A stretch of DNA of 64,000 nucleotides, taken from assembly GCF_006345805.1 (NCBI RefSeq), contig NC_043004.1:100130001-100194000 (forward strand), given 5' to 3'. Shown in pieces: positions 1-15,416 of this stretch. Every line of letters begins with the position of its first letter. The stretch's first letter is position 1. The notes under the pieces are model-generated. The model was not told the DNA's origin. It did no database searches and worked only from the letters and a program-made list of their open reading frames with translations. This DNA is from Octopus sinensis (Eukaryota). A program made the position numbers and the translations under genes.

Positions 1-78
1 TGTCTTCTACTATAGCCTCGGTACGACCAAAGCCTTCTGAATGGATTTGATTAACGGAAACTGGATGAAGGCCGTCCT
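1..78 (+). mobile_element. SINE family A fragment (cut by window edge)
   Basis: tgtcttctactatagcctcgg...ggattt...cggaaactg matches the body of the fuller copy at 27366-27778. Confidence 0.75.
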
Positions 79-153
79 ATATAACAAGTAAAGAATAAAA
101 AAGAGTAAAATAGACTAAAAGTATATACATATATATATATATATACATGTACA

Positions 154-538
154 CTTTTACTCTTTTACACGTTTCCGTCAATTGACTGCGGCCATTCTGG
201 TGCACCGCCTTTAGTAAAATACATCGACCCTCGGACATTCTTTGTAGCCTAGTACTTATTCTATCAGTGTCTTTTGCCGAAACACTAAGTTTCGTGGATA
301 TAGACACACCGACAACGGTTGTCACGCGACGGTGGAGGAACAAACATAGACACAAACTCACATAAATATATATACGCACATACACAACGCGCTTCTTTCA
401 GTTTCCGTCTACCAAATCCACTCACAAGGCTTTAGTCGGCCCGAGGTTACAATAGAAGACACCCAAGATGCCATACAGTGGGACTGAACCCGGAACCATG
501 TTGTTAGGAGTCAAGCATCCTATCATACAGCCACGCCT
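154..538 (-). mobile_element. tRNA-derived SINE family A, diverged full copy
   Basis: Reverse complement has a tRNA-like head (GTGGCTGT..GGT; GGTTCAGTCCC), an internal CA/TA microsatellite and the (GAGTAAAA)n tail, as in the other copies. Confidence 0.85.
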
Positions 539-543
539 AAGTA

Positions 544-580
<37 letters not shown>

Positions 581-614
581 AATGTGTGTGTGTGTCTAGA
601 GAGAGAGAGAGAGA

Positions 615-790
615 ATTCACAAAAAAAAAAACAAAAGACGAAAGTAGGTGGTGTAGACAACAAACATATGTATAGTTTAATGCTCGGGAAGTGAAAAAGT
701 CTTTAACGTTTCGAGCATACGCTATTCCACAAAGAGGAACACAGAATGAAGCAAGGACAGAAAATAAAGAATGTGTAGTGGCTAACGATC
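615..790 (-). mobile_element. PLE pseudo-LTR-like fragment with degenerate hammerhead motif
   Basis: 701-734 reverse complement CUUU-GUGGAAU-AGC GUAU GCUC-GAAA-CGUU-AAAG; resembles the 24614-24648 motif; flanked by TA/GA/CA repeats. Confidence 0.45.
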
Positions 791-1120
791 TACACACACA
801 TATATAATATATATATAATATATATATATATATATTATATTCATACACATTCAGTTGAATAAGTTATTTGAAGGTAAAGCACCTGATTTGGTCACAATGA
901 AAGGTATTCACAACAATTATAGACAAATATGATATTCGAGTAATGTATGCAATTCTTGAACCCAAATGGGTATATAATCATTTCTTGAGCTATTCAGAAA
1001 CGTTCTTTTTATAAATACATTGTCCATAATATACTTTGAAAACGCGAATAGCAGGTACATATACTTATGTGTGCATATACATATACATATACATAATATA
1101 TATTATATAATATATATAAT

Positions 1121-1153
<33 letters not shown>

Positions 1154-1847
1154 TATTATATATATATATATAATATATCACACACGCGCATATTTTGAAT
1201 ATATTGGAACTTATTTGCAAATGCATTGAGAGTATGTGAATCCTTACAAGCAATGCAAATTTACAACACTAAGATTGAATGCCTAATATTGATGCAATTG
1301 TTTTGGTTTGTACCATTTGATATAAAACAATTTTTTTTTTCATTCTACTCTTACAATCTCCAGACATAATCTATATCTCAATCATTGTAATGATTCTTTG
1401 CCGCGATATCATTATTCTGAAATGTCTTATGCGCAAATACCTCGGTATCTTTTCAAATACATATGCGCATAGACACACACATGAACACGGATACACACTT
1501 TTACATGCGAAGGGGTGTAGGCAGTGTGTGTCACTAAAGATGTGACAAAGTGTCCATTAGGCAACCTCAGAAGGTTTGCGTAATGGAAGCACGTGCTATT
1601 ATATATTACGCAAATATGAAATGCACGTATTATATAATTTTAAAATATCAGTATTTCTTTAACTTTATCATTACTACTTATATATATATATATATATCAT
1701 TACTACTTATATATATATATATATATTTCTATTTCTCTCTCCACACACTCACATTCATATATACATACACACACACACACAATTATATATATATATAATT
1801 GTGTGGTTATGTATATATGTATATATGAATGTGTGTGTGGAGAGAGA

Positions 1848-2022
1848 AAGAAGAAGAAGGAGGAGGAGAAGAATAAGAAGAAGAAGAAAGAAGAAAGAAG
1901 AAGAGAAGAAGAAGAAGAAAGAAGAAGAAGAAGAAGAAGAAGAAGAAGAAGAAGAAGAAGAAGAAGAAGAAGAAGAAGAAGAAGAAGAAGAAGAAAGAAG
2001 AGAAGAAGAAGAAGAAGAAGAA
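1848..2022 (+). repeat. (GAA)n polypurine microsatellite
   Basis: Directly visible. Confidence 0.95.
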
Positions 2023-2652
2023 GTGAATTTCCACGAAAGAAAACTATAGTAGAATTTCTTTCTGGGGTTTGAAATTGCACCTGAAACTTAAAACGTGTTG
2101 CCGTTTGTAACATCTGTAATAGATCGGGTTCGACCCGCTTCAGCAAATCTTTTGCTCATGAATGGTACAACTATATAATTAATTTAAAAACATGTTTAAG
2201 CTAACAAATACTCATATACATACATATATACATACATACATACATACGTAACACACAGTCTTTGCACGCGTATGTATTCTTATAATACTTCCTTATGCTT
2301 CAGAATAGATAGACATCATAGAATGCCTACCGGATGATGAATGTCGTTTTTGTATCCACTTCATTTTCTTTGTTATCGTATAAATTAAGGGTAAACCACT
2401 TTTTATCCGCGCCCATATATGACACTCGATTGCGAAATTTCCACACAATAACCAGCACTTGGGTATTAATAAATGGGTACACTACCAGCAGTATATTGGA
2501 TAGGTATTATCCCTTAGTTGGTTAGCTTCCCAACCTCTAACTCTCACAGAAATATATATATATATGTGTGTGTATGTGTGTTTGTTTGTTTGTTTGTGCA
2601 TGCATGCAAGCATGTATGTATGTATGTATATATGCTTGTATGTTTGTATGTG

Positions 2653-2842
2653 CTCTTTTACTCTTTTATTTGTTTCAGTCATTTGACTGTGGCCATGCTT
2701 GAGCACCGCCTTTAGTCGACCAAATCAACCCCAGGTCTTATTCTTTGTAAGCCAAGTACTTATTCTAGGGGGCGTAAACACACCAGCATCGGTTGTCATG
2801 TGATGTTGGGGAACAAATACAGACAGACAAACATATAGACAC

Positions 2843-2890
<48 letters not shown>

Positions 2891-3035
2891 GACGGGCTTC
2901 TTTCAGTTTCCGTCGACAAAATCAACTCACAAGGCTTATTCGGCCCGAAGCTATAGTAGAAGACGCCCGTCCAAGGTGCCACGCAGTGGAATCGAACCCG
3001 GAACCATGTGGTTGGTAAGCAAGCTACTTACCACA
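2653..3035 (-). mobile_element. SINE family A (small internal deletion)
   Basis: Matches the family head and tail; lacks the tcggtctcttttgccgaaccgc segment. Confidence 0.9.
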
Positions 3036-3942
3036 ATAAACAACTGCAGTTCTCCGTTGTCACTAGCAAAACCCATGGTACTTCCTCAGGTATTGCTAGT
3101 ATCTAAAATCATATGACGAGCATCATAGCAAACATTATCACGTAGAGAATTTAACCTCACATTCTTGCACTCATTCTCATGCATCGTTATCTCGCATACT
3201 CTCTTACTCACGCCCTCGCCCACTCGTGAATTCACACAGTCACACGTATTGACACAGAGGCAGAGACTTTGGGACTATAAAAGCAAGACAGATTACGAAG
3301 AGTGCTTTCGATTTGAGAATTGTATTTTTCGTCGCCAGTCTACGTTGCTGCAGAAACGTCGCTCCACCTCTGCATGTGAAGAACGAACGTCCACTATTAT
3401 TAACTAAACTGTCCAAAGTAATGGTCTACATTTTTCTTATTCACTGAACTAATATAGCTTTATGTTGGAAAAGAGTGTTTCTTTTGATGTGATAGACACT
3501 TACTATTCTAATAATTGGGCGAAGCTTTTAGTTCTGTCTCGCCAATAGAAAGAAATTCACAGCTTTTCTTGAAAATCTAATAGATTCTGCTTATTTATTT
3601 ATTTATTTATTTTTATGTATTTGTGTGCTTTTATTCTTCATCGTCATGCAAAAAATACAAATGAAAACAAAAATCAAGTAAGAGTGTTTTAGTTCTTTAA
3701 CTTCACTTTTAGCGCTAGAAAGTAACCAATTATATCTACATATTTGTGTCGTTGCATGTAGTGTTTGTATGAGTCTCTATACACACACACACACACACAC
3801 ACACACCACACACACACACACATACATACATGTATATATATATATATTCTTATATTCATATATAAAGATACGGAGAGAGTGACAGTCAGGTGAATATGAA
3901 AGTGGACGGAGAGACTGATAGCTTGATGCACTGAGATCTCAT

Positions 3943-3976
<34 letters not shown>

Positions 3977-4174
3977 ATATTATATATATATATATATTAT
4001 ATTATATATATATATATATGCATTGTGTATTATCGATTCAGGCTTCATTACTACCAGATTTACTAAAAGTTTTACAGACGCAAGAATTACATTAGATCGT
4101 TTCGGACGCTTTACTAGAATGTATGGCTGTGTGAGCGTATGTATATGTATATATTATATATATATATATATTAT

Positions 4175-4220
<46 letters not shown>

Positions 4221-5281
4221 ATGTGTTGTGTGTGTGTGTGAGCGTGTGTTTATTTGTATGTATATACACATATATACACACACATATACATACATACATA
4301 TCATACATTCATAGAGGTAGTTACATATATATGAGAGAGACAGATACGTTAACCAAGGAGACTGAGTGATACATAGACAGACATACAGACATATAATAGA
4401 TAGATAGATAGATAGATAGATGGATTCACAGGTAGATCATGAAATATTACTGTGTATATGTGTGTGCATGTATGTATTTTTACATTCGACCAAATTCTTG
4501 AGTAAACCGCTGTACTATTATCTGAAGTCACCAACAGAACTCAGTCATAAATGCTTTTAAGATACACCCTGCTAGACTACTATCAAGGCACCTTAAAACA
4601 AGCTCTACCCTGTTAAATAAGTTCGATAACATAATTCTAACCGTTACTAAAAACTTCGATGGCTTTGCGTAGTAAAAGTCGTTCCTTATGTGCGTTTATG
4701 ACCAGATTGAGTCTAGTAATACAATCACAGCAATAACCCATACAGTTCATGGGAATTGTATGAGCCTTATAGACCGTTCGTTAAGCCGTATCTGGAACAT
4801 TTGATGCTTGGAATGCATCTATGTGTCATAGATCTGATTGCTGAAGGCTGAGAAAATCGATTGAAGAAGTCAAGAAAACGAAGAAGGAAATAATGGGTCT
4901 GATTTTGATGGTTATGATGTAAAAGAAAGAAAGGGTGGAGGTCAAAGAGAAGAAGAAGAACACCAACGAGAACAAGAAGAAAAAGAATAGTCGCCCACGT
5001 GATATGTCACAACCAATAAAATAATGGGGGTTCTCGACGCCATCTTGTATAAAGTAATAAAAATTTTTCATTACATAACATCATGGTGATTGCTTGATCG
5101 TACTAGCGTGAGACGATGTAATAGCATTAAGCATTATTAACCACACACACACACACGCATACACACACACACACACACACGCAGATACAATCATATAAGT
5201 GCGTGCGTGTGTGTATGTATGTATATATATATAATATATATATATATGTATATATATGTGGTTGTGTGTGTGTCTGTATAT

Positions 5282-5324
<43 letters not shown>

Positions 5325-6643
5325 TATATATATAAATATATATGAACGTAAACATACATATGTATGTTTCTTATGTGTGTGTGTATGCATGTAAGTTTGT
5401 AAACATATATGCATACCTAAATATCAAAGTAATATACAAATTTCAATGTGAATATGAAAGTTATAAATTTAATGATACAAACTATAACATCGGACACGGA
5501 CTTAGAACACATTTGTGTCGGTTGACTATCCAAATACATCAAAGAACCAGACCATCACATTATATCACAGTCCATGAAACAGAATTGGATAAACATTACC
5601 ATCGTAGAAAGAAAAAAAAACTGGATTAACTATTGAAGCTTTAATAATAACAAAATACAACGAGCGAGTCAACAATGAGATACTACACACACGAAATAAG
5701 TCATATCTTCGGAAAGATAAGCATTGCTTTAAATTTCGAACCAGACGCGTTTCACTACCACCCTGCTAAATTCCGATTTCATTACGATAAAATTACAGAA
5801 AAGATGTTATGATTACATCGGTAAAACCTATGAAACATGAAGATGCTTATGCTTGTAGACTATCGGTATCATTCCAAACTTAGTTTGAGTACCCTGTCGT
5901 TAATGAGTACACTGTCGTTAATGCTCGACTGCATATTGGTCCCATAGTGTAATGTTATTATTGGTTCCGTTCTTATATTTGTATAGCAGCGAATCGGTCC
6001 TGATCGAGCACTCACGTAACTATTGCATATTATGTAACACACAATTTGATACTCTTCAAACAGCAAATCATTTTCCAGTGACATTTATACGATCTGATCT
6101 GAGCGCTTCAAATCAATCGAACAATCTGATCATATAGAAATGTCTGTTACTTCTCTTTCAACTCATACCTCAACAAATTAGTCCCAAATATCTCACTGCA
6201 TTTTATCTAATGCGATAATACAAAAATGTATGCGACATTTCAAAATCTATTTAACCTTATGGTGCATTTTTTCGATTCACGATTAAATTCAATTACAGTA
6301 GACGATTTCTAAATTTGAATAACAGAAAGGTTTTATCTAAAATGCGCCCCTTAGTCGACGATTTCTTTATATTTCACGCGGAGATATAGAGAAAGCTATG
6401 AAAAGTTGGGATAAAACCTAGTCCTTTTAATTGTCTTAGAGCCTATGTTAGCAGACGAACAAAAGCAAGAGAAGTCGGCCTGACAATCTCTGAAATCGTT
6501 TGTTTAATAATAGGTAGATGGATATAGGATTGCATATCTAAAAATAAGTGTAAATATATTTATGTGTGTGTGTGTGAGGTGTAGTGAGGCATATATAGAT
6601 AGATAGTTCGTTTGTTACTTAGTTAGTAAGTTAGTTAGTTCGT

Positions 6644-6748
<105 letters not shown>

Positions 6749-8774
6749 TGAGTGTGTCTGCTTGTATGTATGCGTTGGAAGTTATGTACCTTTGTCCAAG
6801 GTTGTGTAAAATTGTGCGAAGATAATTTAACACAAAACTAGACATACATTTTTCTATCCAATTTGTAGTATGTCCACATTGTGCAATTTCTTTCGTATTT
6901 TATGTATAATTTTATGCGTTACCGCAAATGCTTTATGTTATTCATTTAATCTGACAGACAGAGTCTCTGGCAGCAGATGCTGATACGATAGACTGAGTAA
7001 TTGCATGCCAGTTGAGAAGATTTATACTGTTGCTGCTGGAATATTTGGGGTACCATTCCTAAATGGTGGAGTGCCGATATGACAGAATCCGCTATTACTG
7101 AAAGGATATATATTCTTTCAGACAATCTATTATCACTGTTAAAACAGCAGGCTTGTTTCCGTTACTGCTTATGATATACTTGTTCCAGTTGTTTCTACAG
7201 TTTTTATTTGTATATTATTTATTTATTTCATTTATTTATTTATTTTTGCTTATTATTTCTGTTCATATATAGCATTAACTGCAAGGATGATATACATCTT
7301 CATGCAAAATATTCATTTATATATTTATTAATATCAATGATTATAATTTCGAAATTGTGCTCAAGGCCACACGTTTCATGCAGAGTACGCCATATCTTCC
7401 TCGGTACTTAACTCGCATCTCAACAGAAATTCTTCCGTCATTCACACATTAATATTCCATTTGATACATTTTGTTGACCATCTCATGACTTTAGCAAACT
7501 TTAGACAATAAACACAAAACGATTCCACTTTGAACTTCTTCTGCGTACAACCACTTAAGAACCTCCAATAATGCCCATGTCGTTTGAAAGATCACACGTT
7601 GCGAAAAATTCTGAGTAGGGACGTAGCCAATCATCAACTTCACAAACAAAAGTTTAAATATATTCTCACACGGAGGCGCGGACACAGACGTTTGTGCGTT
7701 AAACTTTTTCGGTGAGGGTCTTTGTGTATGCCGTGTGTTAACACGTATGTGACTGTATATTAGTCTCCGATATGAGGGGTCCATTACCATATATGAAATG
7801 AGATACATACAAACATATATATACATACACAAATATATATATACATGCATATTTATATATAGATATATAAATATATGTGTATATGTACACATGCATGTAT
7901 TTATACATACGTATATATGTATATACGTATGTAAATGAATGTGTATATATATGTATACATATATATATATATATATGTATCTGTGTATACACACACATGA
8001 AAGTTTGCTTATGTGAATATGATATGTTTAATATTGATAGAGTCGTGGCGTCAAAAGTATACTACCTACGTCACCAGCCATATGACGCCTAAAAATCGAA
8101 TATACATACATGCATATATACATACACCAATGTTGGGAATTTCTGGATAACATTTACTAAATCTATTTTATTTCTTACCATATTGCATTTGCCTTATTCT
8201 GCAAAATAGTTTATACAAAGAAAATAAAAACATTCAATTATTTATCAATACTAAATAACCGCAATATTTTATCTAGCTGTTTAAATAAGGACGTGAAAAA
8301 ATATTGCATGTTTAGAATAAGAATAGATGAATCTATCACGTGTTTTGCCTGTGACCATTAAACAGATGAATATGTAAAGAACATCTTTAAGTGTTTGCTT
8401 TGTTGTGTTGTTTTTATTATTTTGGGGAAAATATCCGATTACTGTTCTTATTAGCTGTGCTTACGGAAAGTTGTCATTATACACTGTTTCACTGTTTCCT
8501 TACATCGAACGTTTGAATAACCGGTAATGTGAAATACAGAAAAAAAAGATTCGTGATTCTACATCCGCTAATATATATTTGTGAGTATATATGTGAGAGT
8601 GTGTGTCTGTATGTGCGTGCGTGTATGTGCTTAACATTATGCACACATATGTACAAATAAATATACATACCTCTATACATTATTTGTATGTGTGTATATA
8701 TATATGCATATATATATATATATGTGTGTCTATTGTGCGTAAAACTACGTACTCTCTCTCTCTCTCTCTCGCAC

Positions 8775-8805
<31 letters not shown>

Positions 8806-9067
8806 ATGTATATGTATATATATATAGATAGATACATAGATACATACATACATACATACATACATATTGTGTGAATGTGTGTATATATTCCCTAGTCCTA
8901 TTGTACTTAGTGTAATTATTTTACTCCTGTGCTATCACAATTTAGCTCCTACCTAACCAACAACACCAAAAATAAAAAAACTAACAGCAATTACCACAAT
9001 GAATTTATACCTATATAATGCTTGTGTACACACATATATGTGTGTGTGTGAGTGAGCGTGCATGCAA

Positions 9068-9305
<238 letters not shown>

Positions 9306-9522
9306 TACGTATGTGTGTATATACATTTATGTATACGTATACACAGGCATTTGTATGTATGTATGTGTCTATATATATACATGCATGCGTGTATGTATGT
9401 ATATATGTATGTATATATGTAATGTATGTATATTCCCCAGATTCATTTTATTTATTGTAACTATCTTGCACCATATTACAGCAAATCACGCCAACGACAT
9501 CAACAACAAACCAATAATAATA

Positions 9523-9572
<50 letters not shown>

Positions 9573-10262
9573 TAATAATAATAATAATGATACCGAAACA
9601 ACCAAAACAGCAACATAACTTTTGCATCTGCATTTATTATAATTTATTGCAATTTTTCCACTTAGAGCTGGAGTTTTTTTGTTTCGCATTGTTTTATTTT
9701 AGTTTGGTAGATGGTGTTGAGATAGCCATAAATATTTTGTCTTTAATATTCATTATTTTACTAGAACAATATTTTAGGTAGTGAAATAGGGTGGGGTTTG
9801 TTTCTATCAATTGTTGAATATTATAGTTATTTATATAATGGTCTTACTTTTCTTTTTTTACAAAAAAAAAATGGTTATAAAAAGACGAGGAATAAAAGTG
9901 CTACGTCGATATTGTGCTTAAATCAGGTATTGAATTCCTATTTTCTTGTAGAAAATATACCAAATTGGCACCACAAGAATAAAGTACAAAGCTTTTATAC
10001 AATGTTTTTTTTTCAGCATTTTTATATAGATGGAGTGAGTAGATGGTGAGTAGTATAGGTGAGTAGATGGATGGTGGAGAATGATTTTCAACTGAATGCT
10101 TTTATTTTCTTCTCCTACTAGAATCCCATTAATTATAAATTATGGAAGCTTTTAGATATTTTCCCTCTCTTTTTTTCTTGAGTTTATTGTATTTCCAAAT
10201 CATCTTTACAATATCATCATTGTTGTTCTCGTTGTTGTTGTTGTTTTAGTTAATGTTGTTGC

Positions 10263-10319
<57 letters not shown>

Positions 10320-10496
10320 CATTTTCATATCTATTATTATTGCTACCGCCATCTTCAGCTTCTCCATTTTGTTTTTAAGTGTTGTGTTAATAAGTGCATT
10401 CAAGGTAATTTACTGTAGATTTTTAGCACTATAATTTACTCGTAATGCCTTCTGAATTTCTTTTTTACGTGTAAAGTCAATTAACAATTTTACAAA

Positions 10497-10642
<146 letters not shown>

Positions 10643-12104
10643 ACATTAATATTGTTATTATCATCATTACCATTATTATTATGTGTGTGAAACAAAAAAA
10701 ATTCAATACGCTACAATACTCACCAAATATAATAGAAAATATAGGAATTTTATTTTATTTTGTTTTTTGTTTTTTACATCTATTGCTTTGTTTGAGTGTA
10801 AAACGTCTTCTCCCCTTGTCATAACATAAAAACATTTCATTTAAGTCCTGTGTTGATTTATAGCATTGAATAGATGGAGATTTATGACAAGGGTCTGACA
10901 TGAGTAGAGATAAAACTTCTCAGCCTGTTCTGATAGTAGAGAACACAGTGAACAGATAGTTTACCAAGACACTCTAGTAGTTGATGAACTGTACAGATTC
11001 TGACAGACACGTATAATAAATATTATTTTACTACTGCTGAATTGGTCATATTGTCTAACGCAGCATTTGTAGCTTGAATAGTTAATTTACTGGTCTGCTA
11101 ATTGCAATTTGTTTTGGACGCGGTGTATGACACCTCGCACTCACAGTTATCTTATAGAGATAACTGTAGATAAATGAAGGCTTCGGAGAAATTGCAGGAA
11201 CAACGTAATTCATTACTTTATCATTACAAAGCATTCAGTATGCGACGAGGAGTGGAGTTTTTAGATCGATTCCTACAAGAATAATAAATGGAAATTTGCA
11301 AACAAAATGATGTGGTCAAAAATGTTTTGCATATATGTCCAATTAGTAAAAGTTTCTACATCCCCCAAGAGATTTAAAGCGGCACCGCATGAGTTTTAAT
11401 AATTTTCTGTTTCTTATACTAGGTTTAGATTGATGTCCAATGTCCTAGACAAGTGACAAAAGGGAAATGCTTCTTCTATGTCCAAATGTCTTGGATTCTT
11501 TGTTTTGGAATAAGATATCTTACTCGAAATCGGGATCAAACAGGTCTACATGAGCTCTTCAAAGTTGAATAAATTACTGTGCCTTAGTTTTCAAAATCGT
11601 GTGCATAATCATGTTTGACTTGCAGAATTGATGACAATGGCTTCAGCGCTTAGCATTCAACCCCCTAGCTCTACTACGGCATAGGGGATGGAATAATTCA
11701 GCCTGTACGAACTATAAACATGCCTGCCTGTAGTCATAAATTCAATATCTCTGACATCAAATGTCATTTACAGCCAAGTTGCGAACTTTTCATTTGGAAA
11801 CTTGTTTTTTTCCCACCTTTGCTAACAAGTAAACATAATCTAAAAACCACACCAATGGGTCATAGAAGTTCAGAGAAAGGGCATAAATGCTAGTATTGCG
11901 TAACAATATTTGACCTGCAGCATATTCTTTATGCAAAACTGAATCTATCATTATTAAATGTGTGTGTTACCATCTGAGTATATACCCACATGTGTTGAAG
12001 TATCGTAAGAGCATCTTAATTTCGTAACATGCAAATTCACCGCTCAGTGTACCTAATCTGTGGAAACATCATCTACTGCTTCTGATATTCACTATTGAGA
12101 CTAA

Positions 12105-12315
12105 GACGGCGAGAAGGCATAATTGATACTACGACGGACAAAATGATTATCGGCATTTCGTCCGTCTTTACGCTGTGTGTTCAAATTCCCTCCAGGTTGA
12201 TTTTGCCTTTCATCATTTCGAGGTTGATAAAATAAATTCCAGCTGAAAACTAGGGCCGATGTAATCGACTTACTGCTTCCCTTGAAATTGCTGGACTTGT
12301 GCAAAAATTTGAAAT
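12105..12315 (+). mobile_element. SINE family C (tRNA-like head, Meta-domain-like core), diverged
   Basis: B-box-like GTTCAAATTCC followed by ttgcctttcatc..gaggttgataaaataa, shared with 33430-33650. Confidence 0.7.
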
Positions 12316-13779
12316 GTTCGCTATTAAGAAGGAAACTAGTGCGTTCCATGACTTGGAGTTGACTTAATATTTTCTCCATCCGAAATCGATATAATAAGTC
12401 CCAGTAATGTACCGAGACGTTTCAAAAATCTAAACCACATTCTCTCTTAATAATCTCCCTATGTCGTCGAGCAAGTACATTTGTACCGCGTTAAAACGTT
12501 GTCAAATAACAACAACAGCCCTAGTTGCTTACTCCACAGATTCATTAGTGTTCTATTAAAAGAATAAGAAATTTGTTATTTGTTGTTGCTATGACTGGCA
12601 TTCCTGAAGACAAACACTGTTGAACATTTCAGGTGGCAGAGATCTTCGGCTGAAAAACTCCTTGATATTTTCGCATTAATCAATGGTGCAAGAGATATTT
12701 TATATAATCTAGTATTATCCAATTTGTCCTTTCATTTTTTTTTTTAAGGCAGATATCAGTGATTTGTAACTTGCGGTAAATTTGACAGCTATTTTTAACA
12801 GGTCAAGTAAGCAGTTAAATGCTACCGCGTTGACTCGATTTGCCTTCTGTACTTTGCAAAAGTGCTATCTGTTTGAACTACTATAACGACATTTTCACTA
12901 AAAATCAAACAAGAAAAGGATTTATAATTCAGCGTTTTCATATATTAACTCAGAATTATAATGATTAGGAAGGCACAGAGGAACATATTCCGTCCAATCA
13001 GAAATTCCTTCCTTGTATTTCTGTCTCTCACCTCTCTTTCTCTCTCTCTCTCTCTCCCTCTCTCTCTCTTTCAAGTTAGTAGCACACGAAGCAATTACTA
13101 ATCTAATACTTACAAATGAAGGTTACTTAGAAATGAATATTTTACCAAAACAAGAAGTAACTTGCCATTTTATTAAAGACAAAATAACTAAATAACTTAC
13201 AAGAAAAAAAAGAGGTATAAAAATACCACAGACTCTAATAATTAATTATTTTTCAATAGAATTCCATAGTTATAGGAAAATCAGAATTAATCTTCCTTTC
13301 ACTACTTTCTTACGGTTCTTTACACCGATTTTCAATAGAAATAATGGTATTTATTACCTATTAGAATTTCCCAATATGATTTATATTTATATGTATCTGT
13401 TCATGTATTATAATTCAAATCAATTCGATTTAATGTCACTACTGTATAGATGTACAAAGTAAAATAATGCTCTAACACAGTTGTTCTATATTATCATGTG
13501 ACTGCATAATGTCGAGGTAGTTCAGCAAACCAATATAAATTCATGTTATGACATATAAAATTGTTGGACGAGCATGTAAATTTGTACACGAGATTCGATT
13601 ATTTGGTAAGGAAGTTCTTCCTGCTCTCTCTGTTGCTGCTTATTATAATCGTAGTTGTTCTTATTGTTTTTGCAATCATTTTCATTGTTGATATATATAT
13701 ATATACATACACACATATATATAAATATATATATAAGTATATAAATAAATATATATATATATATATATATATACTCTTA

Positions 13780-14667
13780 AAATTATTACATTATATAAAA
13801 GGGCTTAGTAAAATAAATTACTTTGCCGCATACTGAACTCATTAGAAATAGTAGCTAAAAAAAACTTTTTTTAAACTATTTCTAATACTTAAAGAAAACC
13901 TCTCTCATATAGTGTTTGCTCAATTCAACTCACGAAAGTATGGGGGTAAAGACATTAAAAAATCAAATGCAAAGGTTATTTGAGAACGTTACTAAGCCCT
14001 TTTATATAATGTAATAATTTGAATTCGCCTTAAATGGTCCCTTTGCATACTGAATACTTGGTGAAATTGATTAATAATTAATTAATTTTACCCTCAATTG
14101 TTGAAATTATAATTCATCTCTCTCTATTTAATGCCTCGGATTTTACCGAAAAAGCATAGTGTTTACTGATTTTAACCCACGCTGGTGGAAAGGGGAGAGC
14201 AGAAATTCTTCGCTTGCATATTTGAGTTTGCTGGCACTGTTAGTTTCGAGCAGATCTTCAGAAGCGATAAGAAGCCGAAAGGGTATGCTCCCACTTTCAG
14301 TGTTTTCAAATCCAAACCAAGGAGTTCTGAGCTGATGATAGAAATGTCGAGTTGACTAATCTTGAAACGTACGTTCTCAAATAACCTTTGCATTTGATTT
14401 TTTAATGTCTTTACCCCCATACTTTCGTGAGTTGAATTGAGCAAACACTATATGAGAGAGGTTTTCTTTAAGTATTAGAAATAGTTTTAAAAAAGTTTTT
14501 TTAGCTACTATTTCTAATGAGTTCAGTATGCGGCAAAGTAATTTATTTTACTAAGCCCTTTTATATAATGTAATAATTTGAATTCGCCTTAAATGGTCCC
14601 TTTGCATACTGAATACTTAGTGAAATTGATTAATAATTAATTAATTTTACCCTCAATTGTTGAAATT

Positions 14668-14668
<1 letters not shown>
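13780..14668 (+). mobile_element. Penelope-like element remnant: inverted plus tandem pseudo-LTR arrangement
   Basis: ~210-bp inverted arms 13780-13989 / 14371-14579; ~120-bp direct repeat 13989-14110 / 14548-14668; (TA)n on both sides. Confidence 0.7.
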
Positions 14669-14714
<46 letters not shown>

Positions 14715-15416
14715 TATATATACACACACATATATATATATGTATGTATGTATGTATGTATCCCCTCGACGAGTGCTTTGGTTTTGCCATTGTTTGTCAT
14801 TATTTTCAGTTTGTAGTTAACACGTCTGCCCTAGTTTAACTGAAGGATAGTTTCATGAATTTCGTGTTGTTTCTATCTGGTTTTCTTAGTTGGTTTACTA
14901 TGTAATTGGCACACAGGAAACCACAGTGCAGGGGAAAAAATGATTTCTGTAAACACAAAAATCTATAATTGCTTTACGACAAGAAATATTAGTTTTACTT
15001 TTAAAGATTATTATTTTCTACATTATTTCCCCAATTTTACTTCTGTCGCCATTTTCCCTTTATTTTCTTCCATTGGCTAAAATTTTTCTTTTTATTCTCA
15101 TTATTTCCTTCTGTTTCCTATATTTACTGCAAAACTACTATTTCATGATCATTTTTCTTTTGCCTTATTTTTAACCTTGTTACATTAAACATTTTATAGT
15201 TTTCTCTCTTGAACTTAAGGTACAAAACCTACATTTGTCAGCCCATAACTGTTCACCACGTAGCCATCTTTAAAATACATTGCTTAACTCTATATCAACA
15301 GAAGTAAATTTCTTCATGTACAAGAGAAGACGAAAAGATCAACCACAAACTAATTAAATCTGATTTAGATTCGTCGTAAGCGGTCACCTTTAATTATTCT
15401 AAGATTCTTCACGACT

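Noticed and set aside
1703-2146. Poly-Glu/Arg/Leu ORFs (also 53337-53787)
   Set aside because: (GAA)n microsatellite translation
7491-7740. Unique part of ORF 7491-7994; a nearby frame gives RPYSEFFATCDL
   Set aside because: At most a faint mariner PYSPDLAPCD remnant; not enough for a call
14172-14444. 90-aa ORF inside the inverted repeat element
   Set aside because: No RT or GIY-YIG motif recognised in the frames I translated
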